DNA of 64,000 nt from Mytilus trossulus (taxonomy: Eukaryota), in the NCBI RefSeq assembly GCF_036588685.1, contig NC_086375.1, positions 69,316,001-69,380,000 of the forward strand, read 5' to 3'. This document shows positions 28,901-40,900 of the stretch, one piece after another. Each line of letters starts with the position of its first letter. Within the stretch, counting starts at the first letter, position 1. A model generated the notes under the pieces. The model saw only the letters and a list, made by a program, of their open reading frames with translations. It was not told where the DNA came from and did not search any database. Position numbers and translations under genes: made by a program.

Positions 28901-31900
28901 CAAGGTAATATCTAGTTTTAATGTAGCAGTGCTAGATGTTGCAGTAACTCCGACAAATGATCTCCTTCTAGCTACAGGGGAATCCAGACTGAAACAGATC
29001 AGTTCAGGCTCAAGTAAAATTATAGACTCTACATACTGTGCAGATTTTGCCAAGTTAGAGAGAGTGCATGTTGATGCAGGTGGTCGAGTAGTAGTTGCCG
29101 GAGAAGCTCCCTTTCCATACAAAGTTGTAGTTATCATTATGAATATGGACGGCAGTGTTGCAAATGTGTTTGACAATGATAAAAACAATAAACCTATAAT
29201 CGACAGCTATCCACAGTCGATTACAAGTACAACCAATGGCAACATTTTTGTAGTGGATGGTAGTAAAAGAGTCATGGTGTTTGGAAAGACTAATATCAAT
29301 TTCTATAAAGGACAACATGGCATTAACTCACAGGAATATTCATTTGACCCCCAGTCTGTGGTGACTACCATGTCAGACAATGTTGTAGTAGCCGACTTTG
29401 TCAATAGTGTATTACACATTATAAACAATACTGGATATCTCTTGACCACCTGTGATACAAAGGATATAGGGATATTACATCCCATTTCTTTAGCTATTTG
29501 CTTGGCTGGAAAAAGTAGTGAGCTGTTTATAGGATGTTGGACATCAAAAGACACCTCTGACAAAGCAAACTTGTGCAAGATAAATATATCAGGGAATTAT
29601 TTGTGATTAAATTATGTGATGACACTTTTCCTTGCTGTGTGATTTTAAGCAAAATTCAAATGGTTCTAATAAAAATTGGTGTCCATTTTTTTGTGTATCA
29701 CAAACAAAAAAATGGTCCCTGAAGGACATAATGAAAACTTATTATAAAAAACAACCTATGTGCCTTGACAACACACCCATACCATTACACAACAACAAAA
29801 TATGCAGTCATATAAAAAATGATTTGAGCTTGGCTATAAGCTCTGAAAAATAATCAAAGTTGATTAGTTGTCTGTTCTAAGTAAAGACCATACTTAGTAA
29901 ATAATTAGAGATTCTAAGGAGTTATAAGCTGCTTCCTGTACATTTTTTTGGTTTTTCATTTAACTTTGATTGCTTGGGGACCTGTATGGTTAACCATTGA
30001 TTTTAGACAAGAACAGGTAATAACAGGTTATAACAGGTGTATAACACTGACATGAAAGTCTTCCTTAGTGATGATGGGATGGATATATAAACTATCTATA
30101 CCCTACACTGAAAAGGTGCCACACAAATTTAGGATGTAACAGGTCATAGTCTTGAAAGTGCAAACAATGGCCTTTTCCTTCAGACAAGATGAATTTTGTA
30201 TTGACCTGTACTGTGACCTGTACACTTTGTGTTATTTTTATTTCAGTACAAATGTATAACTATTACCATGATTACAAGACTATCAAACCCATAACTTGTT
30301 CATTATCTTTTGTTTTTTATTTTTTTTCTGTTAAGAACCGTTAGTGTATGTACTTTGTGTAACACTTTTGTAAGTTCGTATCTTCTTTTTTAATATATAT
30401 GATCAGCTAAAGGCTGGTCGACTTTGAGTCAGAATAATGTATCAAGGTAGGGTGCCACATCTTCCTTAGGCCTAAAATAAAATATTGTTTGTTTCTCCAA
30501 TCCCAACCAACCCTGCAAAATTGGTGCTACTCATAAAATTTTATTGTCAAAACTAAGTCAAATATTATTTTATTCATTTTGGATTTTCAATCTTGCAGGA
30601 TCGTGCAATAATGTTCAAGCTTTTTGGAAAAAATAAAATCATTTCCCTACCTTCCTACACACACCTGGCTTGGCAGGGTTGGGATTGGGGAAACAAACAA
30701 TATTTTAATTTGGGCCTTATAACAATGTAAACTAGCATGTTAAAATTCTGATCAGCGTGTTAGTGTAGTAAAAAGCAGTGTTCATAACTTCATATTCATC
30801 AGATTTACTTATTCTTGTCCTAAATATGCATTTAATTTGCATATAAAATTCAAGCAGTTAGTGAAAGTTAACATCATTTGTTTTTAAAGCAACAATCAAG
30901 TAATCTCAATCTCAACCTGGTGAAATTAATAATTAAGAGGTGCACAAATAAATGTAGCATAAAATACTTCTTCTTTTCATATATTCCTATGCACATTGTA
31001 GATCCTTCTGTCTTGATTTTTTAAGTATTTTCAAACCCAACATGTTTTGAAATGATATACCCTAATAATATACTAATAAGATGGGGGCGGTGGTAATTTC
31101 ATAAGATAACCTTTTCATTTCACACAACAAACTAGTAAATAGACATTTGAACCTGATTTTGGTCATCTATACTATTAAACGAGAATACCTCATTTTTGGT
31201 GTCGCTTCTCTTCTTTCCACAATAAAATAATCAACACGCCTGTGTGTCCTATAGGTACAGTGCATAGTCGCATTTGTCATCCATTCATATGATTATTCAG
31301 ATTGAGTTATTTTGGGAGAAAAACGAGAAAAAAGGCATCCGGATATTGTCCCGTCATTGGACGAAATTTTAAGTCTGATTAAACTTCCGGTTTGTGTTTT
31401 CCTGTATACTGTATTTTAAAAATTCTATCTGCTATCATTTTCAAGTTTACTATCCACGGCGGTCACATAGTTTATTAAATAGAGAGGGTCTGTATACTTT
31501 ATCAATGACCACCATGGATCGATTAGTAAACTTAAAATTGAAAGTAAATACACTATATTTATATACTGTATATATATACTGTATTTTAAAAATTCTATCT
31601 GCTATCATTTTCAAGTTTACTATCCAAGGCGGTCACATAGTTTATTAAATAGAAAGGGTCTGTATAATATATCAATGACCACCATGGATCGATTAGTAAA
31701 CTTAAAATTGAAAGTAAATACACTATATTTATATAGTAAGTAATGAATGATAATAATATACAGATAAGCGCTAAAATTATTCATGTGAACTTTTGATACC
31801 TTTTCTGAAATTCTCCAGTTATTAAATCTTTTATCTTTTACAAAATTCATACAAGATTACAAAAAAAGAAGATGTGGTATGATGGCCATGTTGAGACAAC

Positions 31901-34900
31901 TCTCCACAAGAGACAAAAATAACACAGAAATTAACAACTATAGTTCACAGTACGACCTTCAACAACGAGAAAAGTCCATACCGCATAATCAGCTTTAAAA
32001 GGCCTGAACTGACAAGGTAACACAATTCAAACCAGAAAACTAGCGGCCTTATTGATGTACAAAAAATGAACAAAAAACAAATATGTAACACATAAACAAA
32101 CGACAACCACTGAATTACAGGCTCCTTAATTAAATGTTCATAACATACTCAATGTATTATGTTCATATTGAAATTGATCGAAAACCAAAAATTGGGAATT
32201 TTGGAAATAAAGGAGGAGGGATATAAAAAAACATTTTCCTGTCCCCAATAACCTATGACTTACGATACTTTTGCTGAAATTCCCCACTAAATGTATTATG
32301 TTCATATTGAAATTGATAGAAAACCAAAATTGGGAATTTTGGAAATAAAGGAGGAGGAATAAAAAAAATCACATTTTCCTGTCCCCAATAACCTTTGACT
32401 TATGATACTTTTGCTGAAATTCTCCAGTCATTCAATATTTTACATAATTCTTCCAACAACACTTTACATACTTTCAACTACGCTCTGAATGCCCGCGATA
32501 AATCGCGGGTGTGTTCTAGTGGGAATAAATCTCTCAAAGTGTAATGTGCTCCAAATATCTATCATTGACATAGTAACTTTATACATAATGGAAAATAAAA
32601 AATTGATAAAAAATCTTTGTAAAAATATTCTTATCTATTATGCCAAATTTATGATTCTTACAAACAGATTTTTAACACAAACATTATACATTGAGAGAAG
32701 GGAGATAACTCTAATTAGAATCATTCAAATACTTCATGAGAGTGTTCACAGTTGTTTTAAAGGCTTAGATTCTCATGAAAGTTTCTTAAACTATATGATA
32801 GATACAAGTGATATTAGGACTGGAACAACAGAAATACATTGGTAATCTCTATGTTAGAAAATAGTGGGCTGACATGATCACAACACTTTAACATGTAAAC
32901 TATGCAAAATACTCTCAAAGTCAATGGACACAACAGAGTGGAGGAGTCAATAGGATCTCATTGGAAATGAGTTATACCAATCATTATACAACTGTATTTA
33001 AAAAATATTGACTCATGCATAATCAGAATAATTTAATTACTAACTTTAACAGTTAACTTAGCAGAAGTTTCCATATCAAAGAACTCTGACTGAGGGATTC
33101 TACCTTCCTAATATCATTGACCTAAACTGAAGCTTTAACAAACGTTGATGACAGCAATGCCACTAGGAAGAACACTTTTAATCGAAATAAAAGAAGAATA
33201 TGTCCATGGGACACATATGTTCCAGCTTGTTAATATGTGAGAGTCAATGCTAAAGTAACTCAAACCAATTCTTGATGTGTTAATGTATTCATACTGTTAA
33301 TGTTTTTGGACACTTGTCAGTTCTAACCAATCAAATCAATTCAAATTCACTAATTAACACAAAGAAGTCATTCATTTCCATCATAAAACAAGCACTTTGA
33401 ATCTTCTAAATTAAATTTCATGATATTTCAATTCATAAAGTTTGGTCTTGTAGGTGTCAGGACTTCCTTGTTCACAGGTACCTCCTATATATAAATGACC
33501 TGACAGAGACATAGCTAGAGAATATGGATTGTTGATTCCTATGTCCAAGAGATTGTGGAAGGTAATGAACTGTCCATTACTATCTAAAATATGTAATGTT
33601 TGGGTTTTAATATCTGTAACAATGGTACCACCTGATAAAATTGTTGATATATCTCCAGGAATAAATGGTCTGTCAACATTGTTGATTTGAGGATGACCAG
33701 AGTATATATGTATGACATCTCCTCCACGTGCTAGAACTACTATTCTACCTCTTTCATCAGTATGACATAACATAGTGTCTAAAACACATATATTACCATC
33801 TTTAGTACAAGTTATGTTTGCAGGGTGTGTAAATAATGGTATATTGTTATTATCATGTTCATATTCCATTAGGCAACTCCCTTTTTGATCCATGACTATC
33901 ACAACACATCTTACTGTGGCACCCATGTCTTCTTCTGAAGATCTACCTCCTACTATGACTCTCTGATCTTGAGTTACATGTATGGAACATGACTTTAAAG
34001 GATGAACACTGTATACTGAATCTGTCATCTCTCCTGTCTTTATATCAAATAATTTCAGCCTTGTGTCACCAGTTGATATAAGTATGTCACCCGAAGGACT
34101 GACTGCCATGCCAAATATCTTGATGGTGAAGTTAGCTATCACTTTGGCACTGGTTTCCTCTAACTTCACATGTTGCAGTACTTCTGATTGATTGCTCGGT
34201 ATCAACAGTGTTTTGTCAGATAACTCAGTTAGGAAATGAATACTTCTAATATCTGTAGTATAGGTTTTAACTACTTTGGTTGTTTCTGAATCTGAATCTG
34301 AAGTTTCTGAATCAGAATTTGATGTTTCTGAATCAGAATTTGATGTTTCTGAATCTGAATCTGTTTTTTCTGAATCTGAAGCTGCTGTATTTAGTTGATC
34401 AAACTCACTGACTATAAGATGCTCTTTAATAAATTCAGATATTGATCCAAAATTTTCTTTAAGTGGTTCAATATCACAATTCAATGATGAAATTAATTCA
34501 TCAAATTTCTCAAAGAACTGACTGAAATCTTTTGAACTCGTTATCATGTCAACAATATCTATGAACTCCTTAATCTTTCCTTTTTCTCTATCAAGGTTTG
34601 TCAATTCTGTATCAATTGTCTGATTCACTGATTTAATTTTCTCGTCCAATTTAAAAAGTATGTCCTCTCTTGCTTTTTCATGGACATCTTCTATTGCTTT
34701 ACTATACATCTCATCCTCCAATTGTTTAATATTATTCAGTTTCCGTTCGTCCTTACAGAGTTGATCTATTTTTTTCACTGCACTTGTTTTTCCTTCCCAT
34801 ATTTGTTTTTTCTTACAAAGAAAATCTTCTTCACTTACAAACTTATGTCCATTATGTACTGTCATTAAACATTTTACACAGACAACTGTATTACAAGAAC

Positions 34901-37900
34901 TACAGTACGAACAGCAGACCTCATCAACATGTTTCTTACAATGCACATCACTAAAGTTCAAACTTTCTCCTGAATCTAGCTCCCCTATATCACAAATACT
35001 AATAATTTTGTGGACTTTAGCAATTCTAAGATGTATGTTGTCTTTACAACTGGTGCACATTAAAAGCGGACAATTTGTACATTTCCACTGAATTGTATTT
35101 TTACCCTGACAGAGCTGACATCCAATGGGAACCTGGCCTCTCTGGACCGAACTTGCAGTCCCCATTTTAAAAGAAGATCTTTAAAACTGTTATTATAACT
35201 AAGTCCACTATCAGATGTTTAAACAGTTTTATATTAAAGTTAGTAAGATTGGTAAATACCAAGCTGTCAATGGAATTTACAAAATCATTGTACCGGTAGC
35301 TGTTTTAAAACTTATCTCATTTATTTGATAAATTCAATATCAAAGTACATACAATGTGTATCATACCAAATGAAATCAATATAAGATCAATAATTCGGTA
35401 ATTTTTTGTTGTTCAGTAATATACTGAACAAATAAATGGGGAATTTGTCCATGGGACACAGATGATGCCCCCACTTGCATATCATATAAGGTTATAAAGG
35501 CACATAATTGAAGAACGGTAAAAGTGAAGCTATCCAAATTTGTACTACATCTGAGTTTTGTGGAAATAATAATTGTGTATATGTCTCATAAGAATTGGTT
35601 GAGGCTATTTTATCACAGCTCTTCAAGAAATCTCAAGTATTGGCACTTTCTTAGTTCTCACTACTACTGTACTATTTTCCACTATCATACATCTGTTTTC
35701 TCAATCACTATACCATTTGTTTTTTTCAGAAGTTTATTACAAAATTTTAAATACTTTAAAATACATATCCATTTTTAAAGATTGAATATCTGTTAAGATG
35801 TATGCATGTTGTTATGTCTGCATTGAATAACAGAAGATGCCCGCTAGTATATAAAGCTACAAAAAGACATAGCTTAAGAACTGTAAAAGTGACACTTCCA
35901 AAAATTGAATTAAAACTCCAGTTAAAGAACGAAAACGTAAAGTCTATCATTTTTTTTCATTTGTAAAGGGGCATTACACTAGAAGAGTAATAAAAGTGCT
36001 TGTAAGCACTGAACTGTAAAGATTGCTTTAATTTATCAGTAGGAACTGCATTACAAGTATAAAGCATTGGTTGTAGTTGATTCAACCATCATTCTGGACA
36101 AAGAAAGATAACTCCAATTTTCAGAGAATACTTTTAAAAATTTTTACAAAAAAATGGAATTTAGCAATTTTTCCGTTTGTAAAGGGCATAACTTTAGAAT
36201 AATAAAAGTGACACCACCAAAATTCAAACTTGCTCTGTGTTTTGTGGATATAAGCATTGTTTATAAGTTTCGTAATATTTGATTGAGGCAAACTACATTT
36301 AGAGAACAGAAACCAATTTGGGAGGTAAGGACGTACATACAAAGGTTAGAATTAATGTGTCCTCCGCTACGGCTTGGGCATAAAAAGCAAATGCATCTAT
36401 CATGGGATTTAAGGAAAAGTTGGTTTAATGAGCTTTATGGGAATCTATAATCTAACGATACTTTTTTTTCACAAAATATTATATGGAATATGTATGTGGA
36501 TAAAAATGTAATTATGTTCATGATTAACATAGACATTTTTTTTTTTTTTTTAATGACCAACAATAAATATATTTTTTTTATTTGCGTTTTAAAGTTTACA
36601 TACTCAGCATATATCAAAGGCTCAGCATATATCAGGTAAATCTAGACATGTTGTAAACAATCAATGTGCTTGTTGAATTTTACCTAAAATTTTATTATGA
36701 CAAGTAAGATAAAAAAAATCACAAGCATAAGGTATTAAAATTATATCACCGTCCTCATTGGCTAGGAATATAGATATTGCTCTACGACTGATGGGGCCTG
36801 GAGAGAACACTGGGCAAAATGAGTCAATGCAAGTTCTAAAGTACAAAAGTTATGTTCAAGATATCAATCAATGAAAGATTGACCTGCCTTTGGTAAATGT
36901 ATATGTATGTGAAACTTTTAATGTAGAAAAGTTATAAGCTGGACATGAAGGATATACTTCAACATGTTTGATAGGGGTAAAACTTCAGTCAGGGTGACCT
37001 TACTTTTGTATATGGCATAACCCTAGCCCAAAATAAGTCTGCTAATCATGTTCAGAGGTACTTCAGTAGAATCAATATCTAAAAAATGTTTAAAATCGAT
37101 TATAATTAATTTCAACAAGCAACATACACTGAGTTTATATTAAGAAGCCAAGGTTTTATGCAAACTATGACATAGCCCATTTACTGTTCCTTGGTCATAA
37201 GAAGGTTTTAGAATATAAAATCAGTCGTTACTTATAATCAAATTTCCAGCTTAAAAAACTCACATTTTCTACCTTGCACATATGGAGTTATCTCCCTTTG
37301 AGCACAACTTTGCCAAGAATAAGCTACTGTGGATTCTTTATTATTTGTTGGACACAAATTTAGTGGATTTCTTGTGTACAAATGAACTACCAATTGAACT
37401 TATCAACAAATTGCAAATCTGCTATCAGGTTGTATGTCAACTTTTGCAAAACCACAAAATCAAATATCCACTTAAAAGACAGTTTTTTTCAATTCACGAA
37501 AATTAGTACCCATGAAAAATATTCAGTATCACAATTGCGTGTCTGGCAAATATGGGTCAATAATAAATCGAAAAGAAGAACCAAATTTAAATTCTCCATG
37601 GGATGCAGCTTGATAAGACAGCAAAGATGGAACCATGAACAGTTGGGGCAATTATGGTCACTACATTCTAGCTTGATATATCTCAGAATTTGGATTTTGT
37701 AAAGATATTTGACATAGCATAGGTTTCTGACACAGATTGAATGTTGTCTAAGAACTCAAGTTATTGTCTGGAAACCAAATATCTTCTGAAAAGAATGATA
37801 AAGTAATGAATTTTGTGCCAATCAATATCAAAATTTTTGTGCTCATATACCGTAAAGCGTAAATTGAACATGTTGAGGTAAAAGTGAACATGTGTTTGTT

Positions 37901-40900
37901 AAAGTGTGACTTGAAGTGAAACCTCATAACATAAAGGCACAACATGAAGATTATATTGAAATCAGATTGGAGACAGCTAGTATGAGCTCTATATAATCCT
38001 ATATGCCCTATTAGTCACTCTATTACTTATACTATACAATGATATGAACAACAACTCACTTTATTTCTGGTTTCTTGGTCCAAGTCTACACACTGATCCA
38101 ATGGTAAACCTTCTACATACTCTGTTGTTAATATCTCTTTGGTGCTTAATTCATTTATCACTTCAGGTACATAGAAATTATCATTGTCGGCTAAAAAGTT
38201 CCTGAAAAATAAAATACTTAACAATGTACTAAGTATAATATGAAGTTTATTTCCCAAAAGCAAAAACGACAAGATTTTCCAAATCAAACATAAAACAAAT
38301 TTTAATCATTGGGGATCCATTTCAAATTCAACAATTCAACAAATTTATATATAGACATTGCAATATTCAAGTTCATTCAAGTTCTCAAACACTTTAAATA
38401 AATGGGTTTTCAATAAAACATTATATTAGAGTAAAGTAAGTAAATTCAATTCACCAACATACATATAACTTGAAAAAAATCTTTAATCATCTTAAAAGTG
38501 AAATAAACGAACAATTTGGCACGCCCATTAGTATTCAGTAAATAGAAATTTTATCAGCCATGGATGTGAAATGAATCACATGGTGACATAACCTCACATG
38601 AAGCTTGGTACACAAATTTAAGGAATCTCTGATTTATAGTTCCTCATATAAATCAAACACTGTTCCCTCTACTATTGAATTAAGGATATACACAATTTCA
38701 ATGAAACAATTAAAAGCTTTGATTTTTTATTTGCATGTCTATTAAAGAATACATTTTAGTTACACCTACTTGAATTTTCTTCCACATTCAGCTTCCCTCA
38801 CATAGTCAACTTCCCATGCTAATTCTATTTTGGCTACCTCCATCACATTTTCTACATACAGGCCTAAAAGTCAAAATGTTAATATGAATTTTTGAAACAT
38901 ATTGCCTTTTCTATGCAAGAAAGTCATTAATTTTTTTGGTATAAAAAATTCATAGAGAAATAATGTTAGCTTTGTTATCTAACAAATGCAAATCAAAATA
39001 CCAATCATGTTTCAAACTTTTTAATCTTTAGTGTCACTTACTAGAAGTCCTAGGAATGTCTGACATGTAAGCTTAATATTGCCTTATTTTCTATAAATAG
39101 CATCTTAGAAATTATCAAATGACCTCATGATATAAGACAACACAGAGGTTAATCAAACTCAATGCATATTTTTTTTATAAACAGACAAGTTATTGTAAAA
39201 CTACCCTATTATTTTGGAGAATACATGATTCAAACCATTATCTTAAAAAAAAAAAAAAAAAAATCCCACGCCCTATATTTGTATTTTGAATAAAACTCAA
39301 GTGTGTTGATCAAGGTTATTTTCATAGAAGGGCAATTTTTCAGCTAATTCATTTAAAAAAAAATTAAATGTAAAATCCACATTAAATGACCTATATTTCA
39401 TACTCCAGAGTTAGGAATGACATCAATAGTTCAATGTACGATAAAAAATTTAATTCACATAGTTTTTTCACTGACCCCCCCCCCCCCCCTCTTAACTTAA
39501 TTTTGAAAAAATTGATTTACCAATAGGGATATATGTAAAAATCGATTTTAGATATACAAAACTTGCAGAATTTTACCCCCCCCCCCCCCCCCCAAACTAT
39601 TTGAATTAAGTTTTTTTATCCTACATTGATCTTTTGATCGTCCCTTAATATAAACCTACCTTTAGGTAGAATATTGTAGATGTTAATTACTGACATCAGG
39701 TTATTTATATCACTGTTAATACTTTGAGCTACTCCTGGATACTGTTAAAGAGATAAAAAGATCATTTAAGATGTTTGCGTTTAGTCACAATGTCATCATA
39801 CAAGACTTTAATAATATTGCTGTTAAGAAGGCAAAGTAACTGTTCCAATAGCTTTTAAGACCAGTGTCGGATCCAGAGATGGGTTCCGGGGGATGGAACC
39901 ACCCTTTTTTTTGGCTGATCAATGCATTTGAATGGGGACATATAGTTCGAACCCCCCCCCCTTTTTTCAGCTGATTAATGCATTTGAATGGGGACATATA
40001 GTTGGAACCCCCTCTTGATCCTGGGTTGGGACCCCCCCCCCCTTTTCAAAATGGCTGGATCCACCCCTGAAGACAATAATTATAACAACTGTAATTAATT
40101 TTCTAATGAAATAAAATCTATATACATGTGGAGAGAGTACATCTTGAAAGTATTAAAAGTAAATAATTAAGTAAGACTTTAGATTTATAGGTGTGAAATG
40201 TACCTTCATTACTTACCTGTATTTTAATTGCCACCTCTCTACCATCATGAAGTACACCTTTATGGACCTGTCCTATAGATGCCGCAGCAAATGGCTTCTC
40301 ATCAAACGATTCAAGTTTATCCTGCCAGTCATTTCCAAGTTCTCTCCTCAAAACTTTCTGAATAACAAGATTTTTTATTAGAATATAAAAAAAAGTTTAT
40401 ATCAGAACTCTTTACCTAGACCTCCAACTTTGGGATTGACATATTGATGGTATAGACTTGTGATTACAGCCATTGACTTTGAAAACATTGTTAACGTTCC
40501 CTCCTAACAATTTTGTTAGCATGACTAATGAGAAAATAAAATACAGCTTCACAGAAATCCTACAATGTCTGTTTCACATTCAATATTAACCTTAAATGTT
40601 TTTCTTTGATACAGGTTTATAGGTATAGTGGAATAATAGTTTCATATATACATTTATATTGTTTCTCAGAGATATCCAGATTGCGCAATTGAACCGGGAA
40701 AATGAAAAAGCTGAGAGGAAAAATATTTATTATACTTTGAAAGGTTTTTTTACTTTTCTCCTGGTACATGATATTTTTTGCAGGATACCATGCGTATAAT
40801 TTCTATTGCAGTGACTTCATAATTTATAATTTATAAAAGATACTCATTGTGGCAAAATCGCCTTTGTTGCAAGAACACAATGTATGACCTGACTGGACTG

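Noticed and set aside
28505-29578. Minus-strand ORFs (64, 110, 87, 91 aa)
   Set aside because: Antisense shadows of the B-box/propeller CDS.
36730-36840. Possible intronic snoRNA or leader exon of the TRIM-like gene
   Set aside because: No clear C/D or H/ACA boxes on the host strand; donor is weak.
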